A DNA stretch of 64,000 bases from Lingula anatina. Taxonomy: Eukaryota; Animalia; Brachiopoda. The position numbers and the translations under genes were made by a program. The notes beneath the pieces are model-generated. The model saw only the letters and a list, made by a program, of their open reading frames with translations, was not told where the DNA came from and made no database searches. Location: contig CM120641.1 of assembly GCA_051362555.1 (NCBI GenBank), positions 20,770,001 through 20,834,000 of the forward strand, written 5' to 3'. Shown piece after piece: positions 37,801-52,820 of this stretch (the first letter of the stretch is position 1; every line of letters starts with the position of its first letter).

Positions 37801-40053
37801 CAGCATATGATCTTTCTTCTGGTAGGTACATATTGCCTGTGTGAGGAAGCTGAGCCTTGTTTTTATTTTCCAATCTCTTTGATAGTTATTCCGAATAAGA
37901 GTGTGCTTATATTTCACCAGCTGTGCTACTGATAACTTGTTTTTACAGTTTGAAGTTATCTTAATTCCATAGTTACTTAGATGATGTTTTCAAGAAAGTT
38001 TGGTTAGGAAGGTAGTTTTAGAAATAGCCCCTCCAAACAAAAAATGGTCAGTGCTGTTTTATGTTATATCCAGTAGAAATTTGTAGAGGAGTGATTGGGA
38101 AACTGTTTAAAAAATAAATTGGAAGAGGGGAATATTGGTGGCTGCTTGATATCAGGCTGAGCATTAATTCCTGTATTGTTGAGTTTTTTCAAGCTTTTAT
38201 GACAAACTGCTGCTTTTCTAAATGTTTAAAATGGTACATGTGAACGCATGACATATGGATATGGACATGGGTTCCACAAGTATTCCTGGACAAAAAAAGC
38301 CATACATTACCCTGTACCTATGTGTGATTTATTATTATTATTATTATTATTATTTATTTTTTTTATTTTTTGCAAATTTTATACATGTGCACTCAGTAAA
38401 ACATTTATCCTTGTCTTTCTTGCTATCTATCTCTCCCACCATCTTGTTTGCCTTACATCTCCTCTTGAATAACTTTGAAGATAATTTACCAGATAAATTG
38501 AATTTCCAGTACAATTTTTTTCTCCAGATAATTTGGGTTTTGTGATTTCATTTGAAAACTTTCACAGTTCATAAGACACATTAACATTATCTAATGATTG
38601 GCACTTTAAAGAAAATAATGACCACCAGATTGGAATAATTGAATATTGCTTGTATTCTGCACATTCTCATCTTAAAAGAAAAACAGAAGAGAGTAATTTA
38701 TCTAATATTAATTATTTATTTGATATAATCTTTAAACCTTTATAAAATCTTTAAAAATGATATGATGCAAACTTGTTTCCATATATATACAAATAATACC
38801 ATTGCTATTAAGTTTTCATTTGTATAGAATTTTCATCAGTAGTTTGAATGTTTTTATGATGAATTGAATCAGCAGTTTTACTTATATAACATATACTAAC
38901 CAACTATGCTTGTCTTTTCTCAGGTCATGAGTATGGTGATGGTAATCTGGGCCCGAAAGGCATGGCTCTTTTCTTTCACTCCCATGTCTGCAACAGTATC
39001 TGTGAGAGTCTCAACCTCAGCAAGTTTGATCTGGCAGAGAGTGAGAAGAAGCTGCAGCAGAAGTACATAGAGTTGATGGTAAGAGTAATAGTTTGGCTGA
39101 GTTTTTTTTTTTTTTTTTTTTACTAAAAAAATGCAAAATTAAACAGAATGATAAGTGGTTCTGTAGTGAACAATCTGGTAACAGCCTGTATAATTGACCA
39201 TAAATGTATATATAAATAGGTTTGTGCCTGATATTACAGAAAGATGCCACTACTCACACTAAAGGCAAAGAAGAGGTATGTCTAAGTGCTTCCCCACGTG
39301 ACCAAAAAAATTTGCACGAGTTTCTGCGAAAGCGTACTGTATCTGGCACTTCCATTGGATCTGATGGCGACAGTGACTTGCTGAGTCCCCGCAGCCTAGA
39401 GGATGAGCCGATGAGTGCTGATGCTGCAGACAAAGCCCATCTTGGCATTCGCTGGAGTATCAGTAGCTCGCAGAGCGAGTCGTCTCCTCGCAGTAGTGAG
39501 CCTCCTAGTGCATCCGACAGTGGTACCATGACTATCGTAAGTGGGATTATTTTTGATTTAGTTCAACAGATAAGGCTCTTCATCTAAAAACTGTAATATA
39601 TGTATGATTATTGGGCTTTGACCGTCAGTGGCAAGTTATACTCTGAAATTTACCACTCATACAACTACATGTGACATCATGTCCTTATATTCTCTCATTT
39701 TGACAGGAGGAGGAAAGGTTGGAGTTTTCTCGTGCCGTGAAGCAGCTCTCCAGACCTTCCTGTGTGATTCATGAAATTCAGAGACGCCACACTTGCAATG
39801 GTACCAGGATGGATGACTCTGTTTTAGGCCAAGTAAGTTTACAGCACACATATGTACAATGCTGACCTATGACAGGCTGTAGGACAGGTTAACACTTTTT
39901 GACATAGCACTGGATTCATGCTACTTGCAAGTAAAATTAAAGACGAACCAGTATCGTTTTGTTAATCTGTTCATTTACCGTCCTCCTATCTGCTTTTGGC
40001 CAGTTTGTTCTTAGACCCCTTTGACTTGAAGGGCCAATTTGCTAAAGGTTATA

Positions 40054-40088
<35 letters not shown>

Positions 40089-42260
40089 TGAAAATCAGAA
40101 TCAAATTATTTCTTAAGGTTATCAGAATTTCCATAACTATTTTGTTTTGTGAACACCCAAGTTAAAGGAAAGGCTGGATATGATTATCACATCAGCTAGG
40201 ATTTTTAAGTATGTATATAATTGAAATTCCATACATTCACAACCAAATATTTCACCTCTCTCTTCATTCACCCAAGGTCCACCACGAACTGGCAAAGTAC
40301 CATGAGATCGGTCGCTTCAGCACCAATGGTGACACCTTCAACCCAGAGGTGGACTGGCATGCAGCACTGTTCCATGAAGAGATTGCTGCCCAATGTGGCG
40401 TGATGGAAGCCATACTCACCATGGCCAAGATCTATCTACAGATGCCACACGACGTGTTGCAGGAGTGCAATGTGCAGGTGAGTGACTCGTGACATAGCGT
40501 CTACACAGTTGTTGCCTAATCTGAGTGATGTACCACAGCTTGCTGCTCCTGAGAGATCGCTTTTCCCCAAATTCTGCATTATGATACTCATGAACACCAT
40601 CAACTTGATAGTTTGCTCAAACTGGGCAGAAGAATTTTTTTGCCAGAAATGAAAAAGATATTATATAAAATTCATCATTGCACATAATGTGCATATCATA
40701 CCTCCAGTAGATATTTGTGTCTCATAAATGAGGTATATCACTAGGCTTGATTTTTAGGTAAACATTGTGTCACTGTGGGTTTGGCTCACATATTGTATGA
40801 GGTAATTAGTAAGAAGTGGCAGTTAGGGAAATACAGACTTATGGCTGATCTAATGTGACTTGATCTTCAATCCACCATGGAATTAATTGGGGGGAAGAGG
40901 GGAAATATTGGCCACTAGGAAAAAAGGGAAAAAAAACAAGGAGATAAATTTGATGGAAACAGTTCTAAGTATGTTGGTTATCATTCAGGAAAATGAGGAC
41001 AATCTAAACCGTGGAGTTGACTACATGCTGCAGGCAGCAGACGCTGGGGACAGGAGTGCTATGTTGTATATGGCCAAGGCTTATGAAACTGGCATAGGTT
41101 TGGGGACTGAAAGGTAAGAGGTGAATTATGAAAAAAATGACACAATAATGACTTGATCTCCGGGAAGTAAATTTAACATTTGGAGCCATAAATTGGGAAC
41201 ATTTTCTTGACAACTTAAAAGTATACAATAAAGATTTAAGACCAATGAAGTACATTTAAACCAATGTAGTGTGAAAAAGTAATACTTTCAACATTTTTAA
41301 ATAGATGGCAAGGGCCATGTTTTTTGTAATGTTTTTTTTTTCTTCATGGATATACATATAAACCTATCTGCAGTAAAATATATTTGAAGGCCTTATAACT
41401 GCAAATACTGATTTAATATCAGTATTATGTTACGTTTCAGGAGCCGATGTTTTGTTGAGGCTATAGAGTTCTACGGAAAGGCTCTGAAAATGACAGAGAA
41501 TGATGAAAGTGGGTCATTTGATTCTGCCATGGAAGAGCCGCGCCATCTGATATTGGCTAAACAGGCAGAGTTGTACAGACAGGGGGGTCTTAATTTGGAA
41601 AAGGATCCTCTGAAATCAGGTATAGACCTTTTCTGATTTGAAAACAGTTCTTTGGAATCATGTGACCTATGAGGTCAATGTTGGGACGATTGCATGCCTA
41701 GGAGAAGAATCAGCCATTTGCTTGGCAGTTCTTGCCGATTCTCATGTTAAGCAAACCTTTTGGCATGATTACCTGTTAACACAATCAAAAGAAATCCCTT
41801 TGGCTTCCTTTAACAATCTAGCTGTCATACATGTAAAATCACTTGTCATTTGGAATAAAGTTGTAACTTTTTATCAACAGCTAATGTTGAAATTGTATCT
41901 TATATCTTACAGCTATCATAATTTGTGATTTTTAACAGAAATGATGCAGTTTTTCAAAATATTGAACCGAAAAAGATTAACAATAAAGTTTATATCCTCT
42001 AATGGTATCAGTATATTGGCTGCTCGTGCTTTTCAGTATTTGTCAAAAAGATAAGTTAACCAGATGAAGTGAAAACTTATTATTGTAAATAAAATGGTTT
42101 AACTGCATGTAATATTAACATAAATGTTTGTTTCCTCAAAGGTGAACTCTATAATGAGGCAGCAGAGGCGGCCATGGAAGCCATGAAAGGCAGGCTTGCT
42201 AACAAGTATTACGCATTGGCAGAGGAAGTGTGGGCAGAATGTGAAGACGTTGAAGAATAG
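28317..42260 (+). CDS. EEF2K: Eukaryotic elongation factor 2 kinase (alpha-kinase plus SEL1-like repeats), 12 coding exons
   Basis: Exons 28317-28805, 30596-30633, 34332-34503, 35731-35877, 37064-37169, 38924-39078, 39240-39536, 39707-39832, 40277-40477, 40989-41113, 41441-41619 and 42142-42260. Motifs: [15 protein letters not shown] (CaM-binding), [76 protein letters not shown] and [14 protein letters not shown]. Confidence 0.96.
31737..31819. repeat. (CA)n microsatellite in an EEF2K intron
   Basis: Seen directly in the sequence. Confidence 0.9.
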
Positions 42261-45200
42261 ATGGTGCTCAATTACAAGATGGGACAAACTCACCTGGGTT
42301 AAGTTTTTCATAAAGGTGATAACTCTGCAGGATCATGTTCTTTTTATTTTTGATCTTATTTTTTAAATACTTTTACTGTTAGGTTAGAACTTCAGTACAA
42401 TGGTTATGGTTTAAAAGTTCATTTTAAAGAGAAATGTAAAATTGTCCCTTAATTTTAGATTTATTTTATTTTTTAAACAGAACTGGTATATTTTAAGTTT
42501 TCAAATTTAAGCAAGCAATATTTAAAATTAGCACGATTAATAAAAAAGGACAAGATTGACAATTTTACTTAAATTTAACCATAAAAATTCACCTTTGAAT
42601 ACTGAAATGAATTTTTTTAATTCCAAACAAAAAAAGGAAAAAGATAATATTAAAGATCTTCAGAAAGTGGCTTCCTCCTAAAGGTTATTCAGTGCTTCAT
42701 GATTTGATGTATTGCTTTATTATTGCACTTTTTTTAATGTGAGTGAGATTATGTTGATAATATTTCAGGGGAAATGCTTTTAATCATTTATGATTTCAAT
42801 TGTGGCACATCTGAAGCCGTTTTTTTATTTCATTGTGATAATGTGCAGCATTGCTGATGTGGTGATTTTGAATGATCTAATAAGGCTTGTGGACATTTTG
42901 AGGTGTGGAAAACAAGCACATGATTGCAAATGAAAGATATATCCCTATGGGAGTTGGAAGTTGCAACATCTTTAGTGTATCTACTAAGCTGTAATGAGCA
43001 CATGTTACCTTTGTATTGAAGATATTCAACAAATACATTGATAATCTCTTGTATTCTGTAAAAAAAAAAATACAACAAAGGGCAGTCCTGCTGTGTACAA
43101 AATACCTCAAAATTGCGATCTGGTCAGTTGTACTTCACCTGATATGAAATGGAAATATCACAAGTGAAAACAGTTTTTATTTACTCTGGCTGGATAAAAA
43201 GCATGTCTAGTCTTGGAAAGTTGTTTTAGATTTACAATGTCATGTGACATTAATATATATTTTAGAAACTTGTATGAATACGTCTGATGTTTTTATGTTC
43301 ACTGAAAGTAAAAGTGAGAATTTGGTTAATTTTGTAAATAAGTCATTCAGAAAAATTTGTCAGACAAGTTTTAAGTGATTTTATGTACTGTGTACAGGTT
43401 GTGACCCAATGGATGACTTGGGTATTCATCATCACCTTTGGTATTTGATCATTTGTGTGCATTCAGACCAATTTTAAATGAAAACTTTAAGCGTAAAACA
43501 CATCCACGAGTGACTTAATTAATCCTCCATTGATTCTGATATTGAAGACATCTCTTCTTATTTGCAAAACGGCCTGGAGATAATCTGACAAAATACAGCA
43601 AGGTATGGGGGATTGAAAGCAGTGCCACTGGGCTTACTGTTTGTAAATCTCTGGCTATTAGTAACTGAATTTCTTTGGAACAGGTTTTAGTTGAAATTGA
43701 TCTGAATGCACTTGAAGTTTTATCTTGATCTCTTTCCACTATTGTTACGATCTGTAACTTTCAGCTCAAGTCTTTGCCTGTACATATTTATAACATGTAA
43801 AAGCACATTGGGACTGTAAATTACTGCAATACGTTGTCAAAAAGCACACTTTATCTGTTTTAAGTGTAGATGTTCTTATTTTACTCCATTTATTTTATGC
43901 AGACATTCACTATGCTATTTGACAAGAATTATAGGTTATAGGTTCTTGTAAACATTTATGCATCTGCCTTTGGTAGACTTCTTTATTGGACAAAACCCAT
44001 GTTTATTTTATATTATACAAAAAAAGCATTCAAATATGACTGATAAATTATTTTGGTCAATAGCTGAGAGTTAGCTTGCTTTTCTGATAGTGCCATTAGA
44101 GTGGTGATTTTTTAGTCAGTTTTAATAGAAAAATTATGCATAATTTTTATCGTCTCGAGCATTCCTCGTGTTTTTATTGGTGTGATGTCTGACTACTCAC
44201 TGCCAATTAATGTTCTTGTATATAAATACCCATGTGAAATATTGGTGTCGAATCATTGAAGCGGGTCCTAAGCAAAACCATCCTTTTATGTGGTTCTTTC
44301 CTATTCAAATATGCAGTTACATGTATTAATGTTAATGAAAAACATTTTATTGAAAGCTTGAGAAATGTTTTGGTTATCATTTGTAAAAACTTCCAATAAA
44401 GTTTTAATAAGGCACATGTTACAAAGGATAATAACCAAGTCATGACACATGGGGAGTTGTGATATATGGTGTAACACTCGCTTTCCCAGGCCAGTAATGA
44501 CGCTGTGTTAAGGTGGTCACCTTCTAAGCACGATTCAGTGCATCTGGCAAACATGGTTTTGCAGCCAGTTTTAGTGGAAAGTTCTTCTAGTATGACTTTT
44601 TGTAGTTACTGGAACGTTCTACAATTTTCCATACTGTGAATAAAATGTGGAAAAAGAAATTGAGTTATCAGTGTGTTTTTTTTATTCAATGTACAGTACA
44701 GATACTGGAAACACAGTTACTTGGAAAGGATGTAGAAAACTTAGTCATAGTACGACTTGTAAAGCCTGTGATGGGAAACGACTTACTACTTAAAACCAAA
44801 GGAAAAAGATTAATCTTTAAACATAGACTGCTTGGCAAGAAAAAAAAAACCAAGAAGGTTACATGTACCTCTCTTTAAAAGGGCCATCTTGTGTCAAGAC
44901 TATGGAGCTGTCCCAAATATGTGTTGCAGTATATGAGTTACATATTTTAGCTTAATATGTTTAATGTTCTTAAATATGATTACATCAACAATAAGAAATT
45001 AATAAATATTTCGGTAAAGTAAAAACTTGAAAACTTGTTTTGAAATGAATGTCCACTTTGTAATAATACGAAGCACGTGTATTATTAAGTCAAAATTTAG
45101 CTATAAAAGTGTTAGCTGGCCCTGGGCAGTTACTATGTTAATATGTTGTAACGATCAGAATATATATATATAATTCCGACAGCATTGAGTCGGCACAGAA

Positions 45201-46559
45201 TTAGGTCATGCAGCATTTCGCAATGAGGGATTTCAAGACATTTATTATGAACTATTGATTAAATAATCTGTGTCAGCCAAGAACTACCAAAATCTTTATG
45301 TGTAAAATCATATAGATTCGCCTTTCTTGTCTTATAAGACAGTAACTCCTCATTCATATTGCGCTCTACCTGTTATCATTTGCACAATACGTAGCTCCGA
45401 GCAGTGCGCGAGCAGTCTTCCAGTATAGTCATTTGACAGCTGGGCCGTGTTAGAAGAGGACACAGCATAGCTGTGGTGAAGTCACTACAACCAAGGAGTT
45501 ATAACTCCTTGCTACAACAAATGTTCCTTTCAGCGTTGAAGCAAATATATCTTGTGAGTAACATTTCTTCTATAGCCAAGTACTAAAAGTGAATAAGAGT
45601 GAAAAAAGTTACGTATTTATGTGCATTACTCAACAATGTGATGCGTGCTTGTATCGTCGGAGAAATATGGCTTGCATATTAAGAGTGTCACAAGCTTGTT
45701 TTATTTCGAATATTTATGGAAAGGTCGAATGTACTCTTTGCAGTTTAGAAGATAGCATTTTCTAAGCACCAAGGCCGCGTCTTACAATTTTTTTCGTGTT
45801 TCTGCGAAATCTAATTACCAGTAAATAATATTCCTATATTTTTTCACGTTTTACTAGTTTGTCTGTATTTTGGAAAGATGTACGTTGATGATTTCTTAAG
45901 ATCGTTAAAAGCATACTGTAAATAGATGCGTCAATGATTTTATGATAGATGTCATCATAATAGATACAATTTTTGTGTCCCAGATACCAGATATTGTCAA
46001 TTGAATACCTAACACCCACTGGTCTGTGTTATATTTCGTTTATTTATTTATTTATTTATCTATTTATTTATTTATTTAAAAAAACACACTTCATGATTGC
46101 AACTGAAGCAGATTAGGACAAGATTAATTTCATAGATGTTCATGATGACACATTGACATCTTTAAGTTACTTTTCGCATTTTTCTTATTCCAATAATACC
46201 TTGAAGAAAGCTCAGGTATATCTTTTTGAATTCTAAATCATTCAGTGTTCTCCCAGATTTTATATATCTATTTTATACCAGGCAAGAGTCAGTGTATCTA
46301 TAAGTGTTTTAAATGCCACGATGAAATTTTGTGTTTGCATACCCATATCTCAACTTTTAAACATGAAGGTTAAAATGCATATTTTCGCTGGAGACAGATT
46401 GTTTATTTAGTCGATCCACTTACGAATCATTTGCTACTGTGTACTCTTTCATGTTCAACTAGAAGTAAAATGAATATCTCATATGCGAATTCAATTTTTT
46501 GAGGGGCATAAGGTGGGCGCGCACGTTTGCGCAATTTTAAGTGCTGTCAGACGGGATGG

Positions 46560-47210
46560 TTCCATTATTATTTTAGTAATTCCAGGTGGGGCGAGTACAT
46601 TCTATTTTAAGGAGTGTCAGATTGTGCCATTCCATTCAATCTTTTGGGGTGTTATGTTGGATGAATAAATTCTGTTTTGAGGGATGTCAGATGGGCCAAG
46701 CCCTTTATTATTCTAAGGGAGGCTGGTAGGGTGAGACCATTCAATTTTGCAGGGGAAACAAGGGGTAACAAGTTATCAAGAGGGGTGACAGGTGGGCAAG
46801 TCCATTTTATTTCGAAGGGTGACAGGTGAGTCAAGTCCATTTTATTTCGAGGGGTGACAGGTTGGCTGAGTCCATTCAATTTTTGAGGGGTGACAGGTGG
46901 GGCGAGTTCATTTAATTTCTGAGGGGTGACAGGTGGGTTGAGTCCATTTTATTTCGAGGGGTGACAGGTGGGGCGAGTTCATTAAAATGTCGAGGGGTGA
47001 CAGGTGGGCTGAGTCCATTTAATTACGAGGGATGATAGGTGGGGCAAGTTCATTATATTCCTAGGGGTGACAGGTGGGTTGAGTCCATTTTATCACGAGG
47101 GGTGACAGGTGGGGCAAGTCCATTCAATTTTTGAGGGGTGACAGGTAGGTAGAGTCCATTCAAATTTTGAGGGGTAACAGGTAGGGTGAGGTCAATCCAG
47201 TTTGAGGGGC
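46560..47210. repeat. Minisatellite, ~35-36 bp unit (GAGGGGTGACAGGTGGG..GAGTCCATTT...), well conserved 46780-47200 and degenerate to the left
   Basis: About 12 tandem copies of ggggtgacaggtggg are visible. Confidence 0.9.
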
Positions 47211-49754
47211 ATTCCACAAATTAATTTAAATTTATAACATCATATAGTGCACATTTTGGACTACGTGCACTTGAAAATTGGTCATTAAATAGATTTTAAA
47301 ATTCGAAAAAATCAGATGCATATAATACATTTAATCAGATACAGATAATAGGAATTGGAAAGCAAGCCATCAATCTTATACTTTCATTAAATGTAAGCCC
47401 ATCTCTTGGGCAAACTCAACTAACTGGTGCCATTTACAAAACGTGTCTTACGGTTGCGTTAGAATCTCAACATTTTCGTATTTCAGTTACTTTGTATTCA
47501 TAGGAGGGTTAAGGTCGTCAATTTGAATCAATTTGCGGTGGTAAAAACCAAAAACCGTCAAAAAAGGATCTGAACTATATACAGAAATTTGGGGAATTTT
47601 TTTATTCAGGAGGATGAAAAAATTTATTCTAAAAGATGTTAACAACTATCATGCTATAGTGCAAAATGTATTTGATACAAAATTCAAAACAAGATTTCAA
47701 ATATATATGATAAATATTGGAAAACTTTTTAGATATACTATTTCAGTGGGTGCAGAATTTTTAAATGCCCACATACATGTACTAGCACCATTATGTAACC
47801 GTTAGTAATGTTTACAAAACTTTGGGACCATTTAAATTTTAAATGTCTGCAGGAAAATAGAAAATCATTAATCCCAAAGGCAGATCATATTTAGCAGATT
47901 TCATTTGATAGTGGTCAGACAGTTATATCTACACTTATAACAATTTTCATCATAATTATTTCACATGAAAATAAAAGAAAAAAACGCATAGAAATGTATC
48001 TATTCAGTTTAAATATGAATGCATGAAAGGTCGTCGGGTTCCTGAAGGCGAACAAAAGGCTACGTCGCTTGCAGTCGCATGTTGTGCGGTATCAGGGTTG
48101 GCTTCTGAAATTATTAAAACATTGTTTAACAATTATGCCCAGACTGATAACTCCTCAAATAAATATGGAGGAGAGGAGGGCTTTATAATAGAAATGATGG
48201 AGTGCCTTGCGTCTAGAATAAGTACAAGAAAGGACCAAAGGGTAGACCGATAGCTCAAACATTAGGAAAATTCCACATGTAAATAATACTAAAATTATGT
48301 TATGAAAAAAATTCAAGTATGAAAAGACCTGGATTCAGATGAATTTTTAACCTGGCCCTTCTGTATCTATCTCATTTATCTCATCAAACTAAAATTTGGC
48401 CGATGGAAATACCTCTTAGTCTTTCAATGGCGGAGGTAACAAGTACCGTTTGAGAGAGCAACACTTGCAACACTTGCAAATCATATTGACATATTTCAGA
48501 GAAGATTGGAGCCGGTGAATTTTACAGACTGACAAAAGACCTAATTTACTTTTCTTTATTGTATTGAATAAATCAAATATGTAGCCTACGCATGTACAAC
48601 AACAACAACGATGATAATGAAATTTCTTATAAACCGAGATAAAGCAAATGTCAAACATTGCATCCAAATATCATACATAAAACCTAAAATCATTGAAATT
48701 TACCTAGAAAAATTCAAAAATAATAAAAGGTATTGGACTAAAATTGTCCATTAGATTGTTCGGGTAATTTCTTTAGAAATTTTCCTAAAAACCATTGTAC
48801 ATGTGATGGGCATAAAAAGATGCCTCTGCACTGTTGATAAAAGACTCAAAACTGTAACGAGCACTAGTATCTCTACTGATCAGTGTTCGTTGTGGTTATA
48901 CTAACATTCACGTAAAACATTTAAAATGTACAGGATCACACAAATATTCATGCAGATTTCCTGAGAAAAATTGGAAATTGCAAAGCTTAAGATTTCAATT
49001 AAACGCAGGTTTTCGCCAAAGATGTCTAGAAAGGAGTGTGGTTCTTCCTGTTCGTTTTCATTCCCAAAGAATAATTTCTTCATAAACAATATATTTTCAT
49101 ATTCATGCTGAGGTAATAATAATAATAGACATTTATCAATATTTCCCGTGGAGAGATGCATGCACGGCTTTGTCTGATTGACAGATGGAATATAACAAAG
49201 ACGCGTGTTACAAACATATGTTGTAACTTTTCTTTCCTTCTTCTGCGGTTTTAATACCTAACTATCGTACGTTGAAAAAATACTTACAAAAGGTGCATTT
49301 TTGCTTCTGCAACTTCCACGCCTTATAAAAGCTTGAACTTACGACTGCACGACAGATATGTGTATTCTTGAGTCTTCACCTTACGGTGTCCAACTGTCAA
49401 GTGACTGGAAGACAGTTCCCACTGCGATGAGCAACATATTGTTATGCAAATAACAACAGGTATAGCTCATTTCAGTGGAGGGGTTGTGGCAACTGTTGTC
49501 TATAGTCTATGGTCAGCTCATACGAGTATATGACTGAAGTACGCTTGTTGTTGTTGTTGTTGTTGTTGGATAAGACATTTTATTCCAGAAACCTAACACT
49601 TGGTTCTTCCACCATGTACTTTCATTTCCCCATCATTCACCACTTCCACAAAACTCAGTACCACGGGAAATGACTATCAAAATCTTCTCTACCACAATCA
49701 TAATAACAAAGAGCATGTGAAGGGATACATGTAATTATAGCCTACTACCCGTAC

Positions 49755-49894
49755 AGTACCCTCTACCAGGGTCGCAGTTATTATTGTGGACATATTTGCT
49801 GAGGCACAGTGCAGATATTAGCCATCTATTTAACCAGAGACATATCTGTTAATATCTATTGAGAAATCAATCTGTGGCCCTGGTAGAGGGTACT
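49755..49894. mobile_element. Short fold-back MITE (~140 bp)
   Basis: Inverted termini AGTACCCTCTACCAGGG(T)C / GCCCTGGTAGAGGGTACT. Confidence 0.7.
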
Positions 49895-50625
49895 CGTATA
49901 GTAAGATAAACGTTGCTGCCGTGTAAAGTCTTAGCAGCAGAAACCAGCAGAATATGCTCTTAGAATCGAAACAAGCTTCACTGAAATTTTATTATTTTAA
50001 AATCCGATATTACTTAAACGACGACATTTAACTCTTAAAAATATTGGATTATAGGGCCTACTATAGTAATAAGTTCGAATAAGATCAAATAGGATCAAAT
50101 AAGCCATTATTATTAATCGTATGTGATTTTCAATCGTTTTCATTTTGATTTCTTGGAACATCACTTCGCCACTGTGTCTTACAGTAAAAAAGGCTTAAAT
50201 TATGAGCTAACATCGATATATATATTTAAAGTGGTAATAGTTTGTCTGTATATGCTGTTTTTTCACCATATTGCTTTTTATTCAAAGCACCAGCTGTAAT
50301 CCATTTGACCTCGATGTTTGAATCTTCCCATTTTCTATCCAAAATACAAACGAAACGATCCTTTTATTCCTTGTCTTCTTAAATCTTTTCTATCGATAAT
50401 TTTTAACATTGTTCAATTTTCCAAAAAGACTTTTTTAAATATAAAGAGATTTGGACTCAGATGAAATTGTAGTATTTCCCTTCCGTTCTGAATAGATGAA
50501 CGTCCTGAAAGTGTCGTCAGTATTTTTCCAGAACTTTTTGAGATATCTTGTTTAAAAAAAAGGCAACCCAACGTCGTTAAGAACATAACCTCCTTTGTTG
50601 GTGGAGGTATGTGAGTCTGTCACAC

Positions 50626-51051
50626 TTAACCGTTTGGTTCGGTCCACGTCAGTGCCATCTTGCGTTGATTTTTCTTCCTTCTTGGTGGAGGAATTGGGCG
50701 ATCAGACTGATCTTCACTGGGAAGAAGCAATTGACCAGTTGTAATACAGCGACGCAGTTCCAAATTATTTTGAGGCGAATTTCGCAGGCTTGCTCCGCGA
50801 ATGGGGGACCCTGTAGGCGTTGATAGGGACTCGGCGCCTGTAACTTTGTGTTCCTTGAAATGGGCACAGGTGTCTCTCCCAAGGGGTATAGGTGAGCACG
50901 TCCTTAGTCGCTTAGCCCGTAATAAAACACAAGTGGATCTGCTTCGTATGAGGGTGTCCTTCATTCGTAACCTCTCAGTTCTAGCTTTTAATCTTACGAA
51001 GTCAGCATGTACGGTCTTTGATGTGCGACGCACCTTCTCATCTTTGTCCAT
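50626..51051 (-). CDS. Uncharacterised basic protein (141 aa; possibly a terminal exon starting at 51087)
   Basis: GC-richer ORF within AT-rich DNA, Arg/Lys-rich, containing PIPPPRRKK. An in-frame acceptor TTCTCTCAG lies 36 nt upstream of the ATG. No family recognised. Confidence 0.45.
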   Translation of the reverse strand: MDKDEKVRRTSKTVHADFVRLKARTERLRMKDTLIRSRSTCVLLRAKRLRTCSPIPLGRDTCAHFKEHKVTGAESLSTPTGSPIRGASLRNSPQNNLELRRCITTGQLLLPSEDQSDRPIPPPRRKKNQRKMALTWTEPNG

Positions 51052-52498
51052 GTGTTTTTCTGATAAGTATTTACTTCTAATCAGTTCCTGAGAGAAAATC
51101 GGGCTCGAATTCTCCTTTTCCTTACTTAACGCTGCACTGCGCTATACCGGTTTAAATTTTTTGAAAGTCAAATGATTTAAAACTATTTGCCGTTAACGGC
51201 GTCCCAGGGTATCATTTGTCAAGGATGGTAACAGAAACCACTTGACTCGTCACGCTTGCTTGCGGTTCATAGGTAAGAGTAAGTTGTGAATACCTGAAAG
51301 CCTCATTGAATAAATGGGCTTGGATTAAGACATAAGCCTACCTTAGTATGCCGAGTCGAGAGAATGAAAATGCCATTTGTGCCATCACCACACACACTTG
51401 AATATAAACATAAACTGCTGAGCGCGGAATTTTACATCTAAAGAGAATTTCTGATCATCTGATAGTGTTTTTCAGGAAACCGGTAATTGTCCTTCAACAA
51501 CGTCTAATATAAGTGACCTTTTGGTGTTTAACGAGAGCTGGTTCAATTGCAGCTAGTGGCAATTAAATCTTAACTTGAATTGAATTTAATAAGATTATTT
51601 TTATTTTAAAATGAGAAGCCACTCTTGGGATTTTGAGACGCAATACACTTCAAGAAAAGTCGATGTGAAGCTTGGGACCCTCACCTGTCGCCACCCCAAA
51701 CCATATACACATAGTTATTTCAATCACGTCATCCCCAGCACTCGAGGAAGAAAGAAGGGCCCCTGTATACTTCTTTTTATGCTTTGTGTGCATTCAATAA
51801 CTACTTCATACCCTAGTCAACTTTATGCACGCTTGGACGAATAAAACGTTTTTGTCGTCCAAAGTGCACGTATCTAATTATTTTAATGGTTAGACCCACA
51901 CGCACTTAAAATTTGTTTCCTTTGCGCCTGTTGTCTTATCTTTGTTTTTTTTTTCAAAAGGAATAGAAAGCTCTCAAATGGAACCGCCTACTATATGGTT
52001 TACGTCAAGGTAAGCCGCGTAGATATGTTGTTGACTTAAACCTACATCTAATAAAATCTCATTTAAAAAGTAACGATATTTTACAAGAAATATTTTACTT
52101 TGTCACTGAACGTTCAATCGGTTACGACAATTTCCTTTTCCTAATTTTACGACGATATACATCATCAATATGCCATCATACGGTGAGCATATTTTGATTA
52201 CTTTTGTGACTGTTTTGCGTGCTATCGTGTAATATCATGACACCGATAATACAGTTTTCAATAAGAATCCTATTCGTTTTACATCTGGGTACATTTAAAT
52301 CCACTAGTTTCTTTCCTTGAGTTTGAAAGAAAGAGATTGAAAAAATCAGTAGGACGCGGTCATTTTCTGATTATGACTTTGTAGACGAGTTTGTATGCTA
52401 CCCCAGAAGTAAAAAAAATCGACATAAAGAAAATAAAGAAAACACGAGATTTCTTTAAGAATATATATTTGCAAATGAATATCAAAACGGTACTTGTC

Positions 52499-52820
52499 CA
52501 GTGGCGGATTTGGGGGGGAGGGGGGGGAGGGGGGGGAGGGGGGGTTGCTTACCCTCCCCTTCGGTTTCCGAAAAAAAAAATCACACCAATGGTCCCCTCT
52601 TGAAATTAGAATTTTGACTGGCTGAATAATAATTCTAAACCGTACCAAATGGCACCATTCTCCCTCTTAAATACCAAAAACTATTGGAGCCCTTCAGCAG
52701 GCCTCGAACCCCACGCCAAGGGGTGGGGTGGTGGTGGTGGTGGGGGGGGGGGGGGGGGGGGTTGAAGGTCGGCTTCGCATCCGCGGTCCTCCCTTTCAAA
52801 TAATCCTGGACCCGCCCCTG
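52499..52820 (-). mobile_element. hAT-type MITE, same family as 11043-11308, inverted
   Basis: CAGTGGCGGATTT...TCCTGGACCCGCCCCTG termini; the internal sequence is the reverse complement of the 11 kb copy. Confidence 0.8.

Noticed and set aside
46780-47200. CRISPR-like array
   Set aside because: There are no unique spacers, the units are contiguous, the context is eukaryotic and there are no cas genes.
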